Positions 52,185-64,000 of a stretch of DNA of 64,000 nucleotides are shown one piece after another. The stretch's first letter is position 1. Every line of letters begins with the position of its first letter. Made by a program: the position numbers and the translations under genes. The notes beneath the pieces are model-generated. The model worked only from the letters and a program-made list of their open reading frames with translations. It was not told the DNA's origin and ran no database searches. Where the stretch lies: positions 23,128,001-23,192,000 of the forward strand of contig OZ249436.1 in NCBI GenBank assembly GCA_965235115.1, given 5' to 3'. This stretch comes from Laetmonice hystrix (Eukaryota).

Positions 52185-53475
52185 ACTGGTTGTTCGGTCA
52201 GTGTACTCGACTGGTTGTTCGGTCAGTGGACTGGTTGTTCGGTCAGTGGACTGGTTGTTCGGTCAGTGTACTCGACTGGTTGCTCGGTCAGTGTACTCGA
52301 CTGGTTGTTCGGTCAGTGTACTCGACTGGTTGTTCGGTCAGTGTACTCGACTGGTTGTTCCGTCAGTGTACTCGACTGGTTGTTCGGTCAGTGTACTCGA
52401 CTGGTTGTTCGGTCAGTGTACTCGACTGGTTGTTCCGTCAGTGTACTCGACTGGTTGTTCCGTCAGTGGTTGTTCGGTCAGTGTACTCGACTGGTTGTTC
52501 GGTCAGTGGTTGTTCGGTCAGTGTACTCGACTGGTTGTTCGGTCAGTGGTTGTTCGGTCAGTGTACTCGACTGGTTGTTCCGTCAGTGTACTCGACTGGT
52601 TGTTCGGTCAGTGTACTCGACTGGTTGTTCCGTCAGTGTACTCGACTGGTTGTTCGGTCAGTGTACTCGACTGGTTGTTCGGTCAGTGTACTCGACTGGT
52701 TGTTCGGTCAGTGGTTGTTCGGTCAGTGTACTCGACTGGTTGTTCGGTCAGTGGTTGTTCGGTCAGTGTACTCGACTGGTTGTTCGGTCAGTGGTTGTTC
52801 GGTCAGTGTACTCGACTGGTTGTTCCGTCAGTGTACTCGACTGGTTGTTCGGTCAGTGTACTCGACTGGTTGTTCCGTCAGTGTACTCGACTGGTTGTTC
52901 GGTCAGTGTACTCGACTGGTTGTTCGGTCAGTGTACTCGACTGGTTGTTCGGTCAGTGTACTCGACTGGTTGTTCGGTCAGTGTACTCGACTGGTTGTTC
53001 GGTCAGTGTACTCGACTGGTTGTTCGGTCAGTGTACTCGACTGGTTGTTCGGTCAGTGTACTCGACTGGTTGTTCGGTCAGTGTACTCGACTGGTTGTTC
53101 GGTCAGTGTACTCGACTGGTTGTTCGGTCAGTGGTTGTTCGGTCAGTGTACTCGACTGGTTGTTCGGTCAGTGGTTGTTCGGTCAGTGTATTCGACTGGT
53201 TGTTCGGTCAGTGTACTCGACTGGTTGTTCCGTCAGTGGTTGTTCGGTCAGTGTACTCGACTGGTTGTTCGGTCAGTGTACTCGACTGGTTGTTCGGTCA
53301 GTGTACTCGACTGGTTGTTCGGTCAGTGGTTGTTCGGTCAGTGTACTCGACTGGTTGTTCGGTCAGTGTACTCGACTGGTTGTTCGGTCAGTGTACTCGA
53401 CTGGTTGTTCGGTCAGTGTACTCGACTGGTTGTTCGGTCAGTGTACTCGACTGGTTGTTCGGTCAGTGTCCCCCA
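52185..53475. repeat. 25-bp minisatellite with interspersed 15-bp deletion units
   Basis: Unit GACTGGTTGTTCGGTCAGTGTACTC; short unit GTGGTTGTTCGGTCA. Confidence 0.98.
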
Positions 53476-56400
53476 CTTGTTGATCGACCATTGTCCGCCG
53501 GAGGTCATCTTTCCATCTGCTAGGCCACCCAGGAACGCGGCTCACATTTGCAGTGCTGGATGCCATTGCCATCCATATATATTGGATCATCATATCGCCG
53601 TGCGGGCCGCCTGATATCTACCTGCATGGTAGCCACTTTTCGCCTGGCTTTATGGTCTAAACGCATTCATCAGCTGTAGCGCGACTTTTCTTCGATCCAA
53701 TCGGACTAATATTTCCCTCGTCAAGATTAATTTAGGAAGGGACGCGCAGATCTGAACTTCGCCCGAGGACTGAAAATGAATGTTATTGGTGAACGAAAAA
53801 GGGCATACAGCCAGGCCGACTGAATCGAAAATGAAATACAGAAGTGACTTGCAATCGATTACCTTTTTATTTCCAGCATAATATTATTCTTACGCTATAT
53901 CTTTTATGGAATGATCATTTGCGTGTTGACTGGGTTTACACGTTCTATCTGGACGCGGAGCAGTCCACCCGTTATACGAAAAACCGATAATACATAACCA
54001 GACCGGTGTGTAGTTCCTTGTACTGCAAAACCGATGCATTGTATATATCCATTTCTGTGTCAATTACTGAACAATTCCTGGGCGTAGAGCGGCTGAGTTG
54101 CACCAGATTTGTCCCGGAGGCTCGTCAATACCCGTGATTATTGATCCAGCCTAGACCTACCCATACACACACACCCATGCACCCCACCCCTACCCACACA
54201 CATGCACATTTTTGAGCAGTGGCCACCGCTTTCAACCAGCCCTCTTACTCGGTGAACGCCTTCGACGAATTAGTTGTGTAGCAGCGCTAACTTTTAATAC
54301 AGAAGTTCAAGAGTGTACGCATGTAAATCAAGACCGAATTAGGTCGTTTAATCCGAGAATTAATCCACTCCATGGGCCGCCTCTGTCTGCTCCCGTCGGC
54401 ATAGCCCCGTTATATTTCATGCGATCAATGTGTAGTTAATTGAAGAGCAAGAAGATTAAAGTCACTGACACTAATCCGTGTTGGTTAATTCTTCCATGCA
54501 TACATGCATGACGGATTTAGTGAGGTAGGCTTCGGCAGTGACGGGGTCCGGGTGTACAGCATGCTTTAATCTGGTTTGATGTAACGTTTTGGTGTCGCAT
54601 CAAATATGCACTGGTAGTTTATCAGCGTAATCTGCCTCCTACCGGGAGGATATTTTGCCGGCACTTCAGTAGTCCCAGGACAAATAACAACATTTATAAG
54701 TACATAGCAGGCCCATATAGGCTGATGGGGCGGGGGGGGGGGGCGGGGGTTACCTGGGCTATATATTTGTAACCTACCCTCAAAATCTTAGTAATAAACT
54801 ATTTTTTAAATGACTATGCAAGGCAGATAAACCAACAGTGTAGTCCCCATATGGCAGGAAATATATCCCTTAATTCAATTTTTCTGAGCAGCATGTCCCG
54901 GATCCCTTACATAGTATTCTGCACCCTTATGGACCTAACTTTGCTGCAGTGGAGGTGGGCGAACCGATGGTCGCATTGCTGCCTGGATGATGGCAGGGGT
55001 ACATATCTTCTTCACCGTCCTGCTATTTAATATGTTTGTAAGACTACACATTTTGTCATGATTATGACAGTAAAGGTAAAAAACAAAACAGACAGAATAA
55101 ATATATAAATTAAATTATAATACTGATTTTTCTAAACATAGAGAACTTGTCAAAGTCCACAAGACACATTATTACAAACGCCCGTCATCGCTTATAGCGT
55201 AGGGATTTGCCAAGTATATTCAGTGTCGGCAAAGCGAAATTTTCCTCAGGCAAATCATCCGGGCCGTAGCAATGTTAATGCACACTTTGTAATTACCATT
55301 GATTTTACCGAAGTTGTTCTTAGTCCATAAGTAATATTGAGGAATTTCAATTAAGCACCACCCAACGGCCAGCCAGTAGCCGTAATTAAACTTTCATTGT
55401 CTCACCCGCTGATTCATTCAAAAGCAATTTAACAATGATGAATGAGAGCGCTGAGTGTGGTGGAGCAGGCACTCGGGTCGCAGCGTCATGTTTTCATCTC
55501 CGACGGGAGCCATGGCATCCCCCGGCTGGCCCAAGCCCCAATCCCGGCCTCGCCTCCCCGCAGCCACACCCGTCGGAACTACTAATTAAGACAACCGGTC
55601 TCTGTCCTTCACGGCAGTTTAGCTTCGGAAAATCCTCGGCCCCAGGCATGCCCGCCTACCTCGGATAAACTACATGGCGCACAAATTAGCTTGCCATCGA
55701 CTTTCGCACCAATGTTTAACCTCGGCAAAATTATTCCTACCAGAGACGAGTCATTAGAGAATTAGAATTTTAAATGTAGTGATTATGTCCTTATTTATCA
55801 TCTTACATGACGGCTGTTAGATTAAGAAAACCGCCCAAAGACTGGCCAAAGTCAACAAAGTACCTATAGTAAACCTTTTGGATGCCAAACAATAACGACC
55901 GCAAAGCCGTTAAATTTGCGGACCGTCTATAAGGTGTCCACATAATATTGTACCTTGTTCGGTGAGTAGAAGCCGAGCTCATTCGATATAAATATAAGGG
56001 GGAAAGCCAATGGATTGTTGTTTAAATCGTCATTAATTAATGAAGAAAACACTGAGATATATACAAAATATAAAATGGTGACAATATAATACTGTCTGAA
56101 AGTAAGTAAAAAGAAAGAAAAATGTTGAGAACTTGTATATCTTTGCATATTGGTACTTGTCACGCAACATCAGTCGCGACGTTTATACAAATAAGCGCCC
56201 ATTATTATTCCAAAGGTCGTACAAGGTTTCCAAACTTTGTTTGGGAATTAAAAGAAAATCCATGTTAGGCCTAATGACGTTAAGTATCACAACACACAGC
56301 TAGGTTCAGGTCCAAGCTCTGTCCGATTAGAACTCTACAGTGATTTTTACCGTACAATTGTTTGTTTATAATTATTGCTATAATCTAAGAACATGTATTA

Positions 56401-58712
56401 TGTGTTGTTATGAGTGAATCCTTAAATAAAATCATGTACCGTTCTTCTTCATAATCGATTTATCGTCATGTGCAGATGGAGGCGAAAATTGACTGTTGAC
56501 AGCGTTCAATGTGACAAGAATCTTATTCACATCCTGACCCCATTTACTAAAGATATTATTATTATTTGTGATATTGCTGTTTAAATGGGAATGGATCCTT
56601 TAACAAATGAAACACCATCTGATCGTAGGAAATTATTTCCTGTCTACAGTTTCAGCTGGTCAGTGAAGTCGACCAAACTCATTTCCCTCGTGACAGCCTC
56701 TACTGCCTGTATGCCACTCACCAGTCATGAACATCATTGAAAGTTCTGATTTAGAACTACTAAATATAAAACATACTAGACATCTACAATCCCATTATGC
56801 ATGCATACGTGTGAAACGTTATTCCAATCCACCATATATATATGTGTTTCTGAAATAATCTTATACACTTTCCGCACGGCCGGCCGATTTTAGCATTGGA
56901 GAGGTATGGTTGGTCGTGGTAATAGAAAATAATAAATATGTACATTATTCTAGGTGTTTGAATATTACAGTGACGTTGGGTACCTTTTTGTCTACATTAT
57001 ATCAACCAATCAGAGGGCGATTTTAAATGTGGTGAAAGGATATATCTTAATATACATCCTCATGCATTATTCATTACTGTTCACTACGTTCAACCATACC
57101 GAAATCTGGGGGAGGGGGGGGGGGGGGTGGATGTGGTCCAATGCTTAGAATTGGGGGTAACCTATTGCGGAGTCTTTCCCCGTGGCAGGATCGACGTGTA
57201 TAGTATGTAACAAGTTTGTTCTCCTAGTCAAATCGGTCACAGAGTACTATGAACCGGTACCTGGTATTTACGTATGCTTCTGAAATTCGGAACGGTGCCA
57301 TAATATACAGGCCATACAAATGGTGTTATTCATATTGGTTACTGCCTAGGCTCAGGTAGGCATATTGCTCCAGGAAAATGACTTGAAGGTATACTATACC
57401 GTCAGTTTACAAGACCATGCATGTCCTATAAGCTTTCGCGCTGATATTCCATGTTTACAGGAAACGTTGTAAATAACGACTTAAGTTATAAACTCAATAA
57501 ACACCAGCGCCAAACTGTGTGTTGTCTGTTGGCATTAAAAGTATCTTTTATACTATTACTATTGCCTTATTATTATTATGCGCATTCCACCTTCCAGTGC
57601 CGTTCGGAGAGGGGGTGGGGCATACGGACTCATTTGATTGTAGACGTTTCAGGGTGACTATAGGGCCCTATGGAAGCGCAGGAACATGTATCTCCTGTGT
57701 CGTCCCTGTGTCGTGTTATGACGTCATCCATCTATTTTCGATAGGACCTTAGTACTGTTTCAGTTGTGAGTCTCAATAGTTGTTTGGGTAAAATAACAGT
57801 CAGATAGGCTGGAGATCATGGCTTTGAATCCCACTAAGGAAAGGTATTTTTATCAGATATTTTTCGTATTGTAAACGTCAAAATGCATGGTTTTGATGGT
57901 TAGAAAAACTATTGAGGTATATATATATTTTTCAATTTGATGGTCAGTCATAGGACCTAAAAGAGAGGCTCTATGGCCATTTTACCAGAAATCAATCATA
58001 TCTCTTGCTGTTTTCAAGAGATCCTTTTGAAACTAGTTGTGCTTTTAAAGCAGGTGGGATGTTGACCCAAATTTATGTTCTCCAGTGACCAAACAAGTAC
58101 CAACAGGGCAACTGTCTCTCAGATACAAGAAAAGGGATGATTCCTTAATACTTTTTACTAAAATGTCGCTGATGGCCTTTGACCTTCTTAAGGACTGGGT
58201 CACAGGTCATCTGTCACATATATCTACAATTCTGAAGTAGCTTTCTTCAAATGAGGATCAAATTGTATAGAATGGTTGCTCCTAGATATCCGAAGAAGTT
58301 GTAGCAGGGATTTAGCGGTTTGGCATATCTTGATGGAGTCACGTGACTTCTAAGTTGAGCAATTTGTCATTTCCCAATACGGAGGGTGTATCTTTGGTAT
58401 TTTTCAGAATGTTTGAGAGAAACTTAGTGAATACCTTCGCTTTGACATGTTTAGCAAGCTATGTCAAGATTATATCATGTTACGTAATTGAATAATTTAT
58501 GACCTTTTCAACACCTCAAAATACGGATGACGTGGATATGGTTGTTGTAGTTCACAGATGCAAAACCCTTAACGGTATGGACAGGGGTTCGAATCCTGGT
58601 GGGTGCAGAATTGTTATTTTTTCAAATCAAAATTTCTGTGTAACTTCATCATAATGTGTGCCAAAGCCGTTCGACTAGGGTTAATTTTTCAGCGGTAGCA
58701 AATCATATTATA

Positions 58713-59390
58713 TCGGGTGGGCCTAAAAAATTTGGAACACTCTTTTCTTGACTGTAACTTTTATCATCAAAATATTTTGAACATGATATCATCTGGTTAA
58801 TTGAGGCATGTCGTACAAATTTCAGATAAATAGGTCAAAATATATATGTCTAAATATAGGGTCATTTTAAAAACAGCATGTCAAAAATTGCAATGCCGGA
58901 CGAGGCGTCCTCGGCAGAGTTGGTCCCGCTGTGTCTGGAACACTCTTTACTTGTCTATAGCTTCTACAATTTTCATAGTTTGTCACTGATATATAGTGCA
59001 TCATGTTATATGGTTAATAGCATTTTGTGGTGAAAATCTTAGGCAGATAGGCCTTTATGTAGAAACAAATCAAACATCACATCTCGAAAAATGCAATGCC
59101 GGAGAGCTATGTAAGTGTCACCTAGCTATTGTAGTTGAAATGAAAAGGTGATCGATGTGACCCCATCCTGTTCACTGTTCACACACAGCCCTTAGTCTCT
59201 TTTTGAATATCCCGACTGACTTTGTGACTTCTTCTAGAGTAATTCCCTCACACCTTTCCCGAATTTTCTCCTTCAGTTCGTTCTCGGCGAATTTTTGTTT
59301 GCGACTTTTATAGACTTTTTCAGACAGGGAATCCCAAATGGTGTAACCCATGGGGTTTAAGTCGGGACTGGCCACCAGTTTTTGGCAGGG
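58713..59390 (-). mobile_element. Tc1/mariner-superfamily remnant (3' end plus transposase C-terminus)
   Basis: SPDLNPMGYTIWDSLSEKVY..LKEKI..KKRLRAVCEQ at 59172-59375. Terminus TA|TCGGGTGG resembles that of the element at 32321. Confidence 0.85.
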
Positions 59391-60821
59391 GGCATTTCAT
59401 ATATTTGACGTCACGTCATTTCATACATTTGACGTCACGTCATTCAGACACAGTGGCAACAATCCTGCCTAATAGGCCCTGTCGTTGACACACCAAAAAC
59501 GGTTTTTGTCAATGCGCTTCGATGCGCATTGAATCGCATTAAACTCAAACCACATTCATAGGCCTATGTGGATTGATACACGTCGATTCGATACGGTTCG
59601 CTTTTGCAGTGTGTCCACGAGAATACGGTTCTGTTCGGTTTTTGCTGCGCTCGTGTTGCGGGGATTCCCCAGGGCACTAAAACCTTTACGATCCTTATTT
59701 TTTTGCGACTACTAAGGGCCCTACTGACCGTGCCGTTGCATATCAGATACCCCATGTTGTCACAAGGGTTAGCGCTCGCAATGTTAGAAGTCGCTATCTG
59801 CAACGCGCCCAATATTAGCAGTCGTTACACAATCCCCATTAGTGGTCGTAAAAAGTACCTGAGAGCAGCACCTCACTGCGACACCAGCTTCTTGAGGCAG
59901 TTCCCTAATTAGTCGTCAGGGGCGGAATGGGTACACCGGACTTGGCCTTGTATGTTGCTTCATGTCAACAATTGTCCATGTTCGTCAAAGCCGGTCTTTT
60001 ATGAGTTGTAAAATAACACATAATAATAAAGTACTTTTTGTGTTAATTTAAAGTATTTTAATGATGTTTTGCACTCAATCACTGCCACTGCCATCACTGT
60101 CAGGCAAGTAGAGCAAACACAAAACATGTACATGTAGGCCAATATCATATATACATACATATCATACAATGTTTTGGTCATTGTTTTGGTAGGTGATCCC
60201 TCCCCTAAATATAAGAGAAATGTTCTGTGTGTCTTGACACATAGGCAGCAGTGACACCTAACGATCACAGTTGTCAAATTTACCTGTGAGAGAAAGTCTG
60301 TCATTTTCTCTACCGGTCAACAACCAACGTGGATTTCTAGAACCCCTCCAGGTACGTATTGTTTTTCACTTTCCCCCCAATTGCCACACAAATGTCCAAG
60401 CCATGTCACAGTTTTAATACAGAAAGTTGGAATTCATGTATAGGAATATCCCTCATCTGCCACACAAAGTCTATATAGCCTGTATCGAAGGATAGATCGT
60501 ATTCCTGTCTGTTAGAACAATCGCCAGTTATATTTATAGATGAGCCACAAGCCCGTCCTTTGAAGCACAGTCAGGGACTGCAGTGGAACCAACCAAAATA
60601 CATCAATTTCCTGTTCCCTACTATAATATCGCTCATGTTTTGCCATTCTAGCACCTATCCGATAAAGTTAAAGGAGTCGTCGTCGACCTACTTCTATTTT
60701 CTATTTTCATGGTCTACATGACATAGTCCTAATGGGGATGCAGCCTGCACCGTGATCTTTCAGTTGTTGAGCAGAGAAATAATAATACTTACCGTCTTTC
60801 CGCGAGAGCTCCAACCCCGTT

Positions 60822-61005
60822 GCATGTTCAAGAACCGGCCGATAAGGATTGTTAAAATGATCGAAAGTGTTGCACAGATTTAGCAGTCACTAAAATCAGA
60901 GTATTGCATAAGAGCATGTTCAAGAACCGGCCGATAAGGATTGTTAAAATGATCGAAAGTGTTGCACAGATTTAGCAGTCACTAAAATCAGAGTATTGCA
61001 TAAGA
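60822..61005. repeat. Perfect 92-bp tandem duplication
   Basis: 60822-60913 equals 60914-61005. Confidence 0.95.
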
Positions 61006-61352
61006 AAGAGGTCAAAAATAGTGGTCCTTATAGGCGTTGCACAAAGTAGCGTCTCTCGGTACGATCGCTAAACCGCCTAACAGTTGCTAAAATGGTTGCT
61101 AGAGGCCTCCGATAAGGCCCACCAAAAAGGTGTGCGCTAAAGGCTGGAAGAGTGGAGTGTCTCATCTACCTGGAGCCTACACGAGTGACTTAATGGGGTA
61201 TACGTTGTATTTACGGGTCGGAAATCTTTGTAGCATGTATAATGCAAGTCCAGATACTGAATTAACTCAGAAAGGATGGTCAATTTATAGCAGAATGGGG
61301 GAGAAGCTGAGAAATTAGGTTATAACAAAAATAACCCTGTTAAAATCGTTTG

Positions 61353-61508
61353 CAGGGGCGGATCGAGAGGGTCGGGGCGCATTCCCATAAAAAAAATGGC
61401 TTGCACCCATACTTTGCGCAGCGCACAGTTTACCACTCAGACTCCAACGCCCCCCCCCCTCCACCCCACCCCCGCCCCCCCCTACAAAAAATCCTGAATC
61501 CACCTCTG
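61353..61508. mobile_element. hAT-like MITE remnant
   Basis: CAGGGGCGGATC ... GAATCCACCTCTG, the same terminal type as 19961-20243. Confidence 0.55.
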
Positions 61509-62333
61509 GTTTGTTCACTGAGAACAAAGGATAACATGGAGCTAACAAGGATAAAGCTGGCCACACAGATGGTTGTGAAAGGAAAGCTATTCCAGGGATC
61601 GTATAGGCCTATGTGTGAGTCACTGGTTAGACACTGATCACCGTAACGCGTGTTACGCTGATCATAAAGGGAGGATCTCGATACTCGCTTCGCGTGTTTT
61701 TGTCCAAGCTGCAAGGGATACGGTGCATCAACAACATAAGGACAACGTCTAAATATCAGGATAACAGCGTAGACTGCCGTTTGTCTTATTTCAGGGTCCT
61801 AGCAGGGCGTAAATTAAGAGAAAATGGATGCGGCGATGATACCCATAACGCCGTGAGCTGGTGACCCTAACGCAATTTTAAGTTGGTGAAATAATAGACG
61901 GTGACTACTTAGACTATTTCAAACTTGTTTGATTTTGTGTTTGATTTTGCATAAGCCTTAGGGCTTAAAGGGAATTTGTACCTAGGACTAGGCCTACACC
62001 TTTTTCAACATCTGCGCGTGACCTAGAAGTTTCACTATTTCAAGAGCTCTGAACACACAACTGAATGCAAGTAAAATATGCGGGATGGTTCCTTACTACT
62101 TTTTTTAACCAAAATTTTACTGATGACTTTTGACCTTCTTAAGGACTGGGTCACAGGTCACATCTCACATAAATCTACGATTTTGAAGTAGATCTCTTCC
62201 AATTATCCGGGTCAAATTTGACATAATGGTTCCACAACAAAATGCGCTCTCCATGACGTGACGTCATGATCAAGATGTGTGCCAAGTTTGATTGAGATAT
62301 CTTGAAAAATGACTGAGATCTAGACGTAGTGGT

Positions 62334-62431
<98 letters not shown>

Positions 62432-62465
62432 CACTACTACTACTACCACTACTACTACACTACTA

Positions 62466-62530
<65 letters not shown>

Positions 62531-62612
62531 ACTACTACCACTACTACCACTACTACTACTACCACTACCACTACTACCACTACTACTACACTACTACTAC
62601 TACTACTACTAC

Positions 62613-62647
<35 letters not shown>

Positions 62648-62754
62648 CACTACTACCACTACTACCACTACCACCACTACTACTACTACCACTACTACTA
62701 CCACCACTACTACCACTACTACTACTACCACTACCACTACTACCACTACTACTA

Positions 62755-62802
<48 letters not shown>
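62334..62802. repeat. (CTA)n/(CCA)n microsatellite
   Basis: Read directly; follows a HINE-type internal segment (62100-62330). Confidence 0.98.
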
Positions 62803-62803
<1 letters not shown>

Positions 62804-62849
62804 AAGTAAAGAGTGTTCCAGACACAGCGGGACCAACTCTGCCGAGGAC

Positions 62850-63775
62850 GTTGCCTATGAAATATTGCAGCATTGCGTCACTGGAATATTTCATAGCCTG
62901 TAGCTATGAAATATTGCTGCCTATGAAATATTGTAGTGACGCAATACTGCAATATTTCATAGCCTGCAATATTTCATAGGTACAGGCTATAAAATATTGC
63001 TGCCTATGAAATAGTGCAGTATTGCATCACTGCATTATTTCATAGGCAGCAATATGTCATAGCCTGTAGCTATGAAATATTGCAGTCCGTGGAATATTGC
63101 AGCATCTCATGACTGCAATATTTCATAGGCCGCATTATTTCATAGCTATAGGCTATAAAATATTGCAGTCCGTGAAATATTGCAGCATTTCATGACTGCA
63201 ATATTTCATAGCCACATTATTCCATAGCTATAGGCTATGAAATATTGCAGTCCGTGAAATCTTGCTGTACTAGGCTATTGTATGACTGCAATATTTCATA
63301 GGCGGCATTGTTCCATAGCTATAGGCTATGAAATATTGCAGTCCGTGGAATATTGCAGTACTATGTTATGTTCTAACTGCAATATTTCATAGGCGGCATT
63401 ATTCCATAGCTATAGCTATGAAATATTGCAGTCCATGGAATATTGCAGTACTAGGCTATTTTATGACTGCAATATTTCATAGGCGGCATTATTCCATAGC
63501 TATAGCTATGAAATATTGCAGTCCGTGGAATATTGCAGCATCTCATGACTGCAATATTTCATAGGCGGCATTATTCCATAGCTATAGGCTATGAAATATT
63601 GTAGTCCGTGGAATATTGCTGTAATAGGCTATTTCATGACTGCAATAATACCGCCTATGAAATATTGCAGTCATGAGATGCTGCAATATTCCACGGACTG
63701 CAATATTTCATAGCTATAGCTATGGAATAATGCCGCCTATGAAATATTGCAGTCATGAAATAGCCTAGTACTGCA
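62850..63775. repeat. Foldback satellite element, locus 4
   Basis: 62850-63100 is the close reverse complement of ~8250-8500. Orientation switch at ~63650. Confidence 0.9.
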
Positions 63776-64000
63776 TCAACGACTGCAGAGTCAGTTTAAC
63801 TTTACTGAGAGTGAGACTCATCATCTAGACCTAGGCCTACTGGTATACGCTGAACCTCAGTGAGTCAGTACTCACAATTTTCCCAGTAAATTCTTTACCT
63901 ACCATGATCAAAACCATGACCAATCTTAACAATCAGTCACCTAAACTTCTCATGTCAGGAAATTAGATACAGGGATCCATTGTATTCACGACTGCTTCAT

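Noticed and set aside
51864..53614. ORFs of 440-539 aa
   Set aside because: Translations of a stop-free 25-bp minisatellite, open in all three frames; no domain content.
58540..58610. tRNA-like B-box segments (also ~4445-4490, ~19030-19047, ~20920-20990, ~57770-57840)
   Set aside because: No complete cloverleaf; best explained as decayed SINE heads rather than tRNA genes.
59560..60800. Minus-strand splice-like signals (donor ~60791, acceptors ~60284 and ~59858)
   Set aside because: All three frames after the 59858 acceptor stop quickly and no coherent exon chain emerges. A non-coding transcript cannot be excluded without RNA data.
62329..62979. Poly-T/L/Y/S/V ORFs
   Set aside because: Translations of the (CTA)n microsatellite.

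Overview
Repeat-dense, apparently gene-free window from an animal (metazoan) genome; a marine invertebrate is likely, inferred only from the repeat types. I found no intact protein-coding gene, rRNA, tRNA gene or CRISPR array; all long ORFs come from tandem repeats or decayed transposons. The window contains: (1) three decayed LINE reverse-transcriptase remnants (Tx1/L1-like at 48.1-50.5 kb, CR1/L2-group split at 44.4-47.0 kb, a third at 12.2-12.8 kb); (2) a V-domain tRNA-SINE with a target-site duplication (TSD); (3) several Helentron/HINE-type non-autonomous elements carrying internal satellites; (4) many MITEs (Tc1/mariner, Kolobok-like, Harbinger-like, Merlin-like, hAT-like), often nested; (5) a palindromic foldback satellite family at four loci; (6) several minisatellites and microsatellites. 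Between repeats lie short unique islands that look cis-regulatory. The two most interesting observations are a diverged non-coding paralog pair 23 kb apart with mosaic conservation (5.2-5.5 kb and 28.5-28.8 kb) and a tandem hairpin-bounded cassette structure at 33.8-36.7 kb. Family names are assigned by eye from terminal structures and protein motifs, not from database searches.
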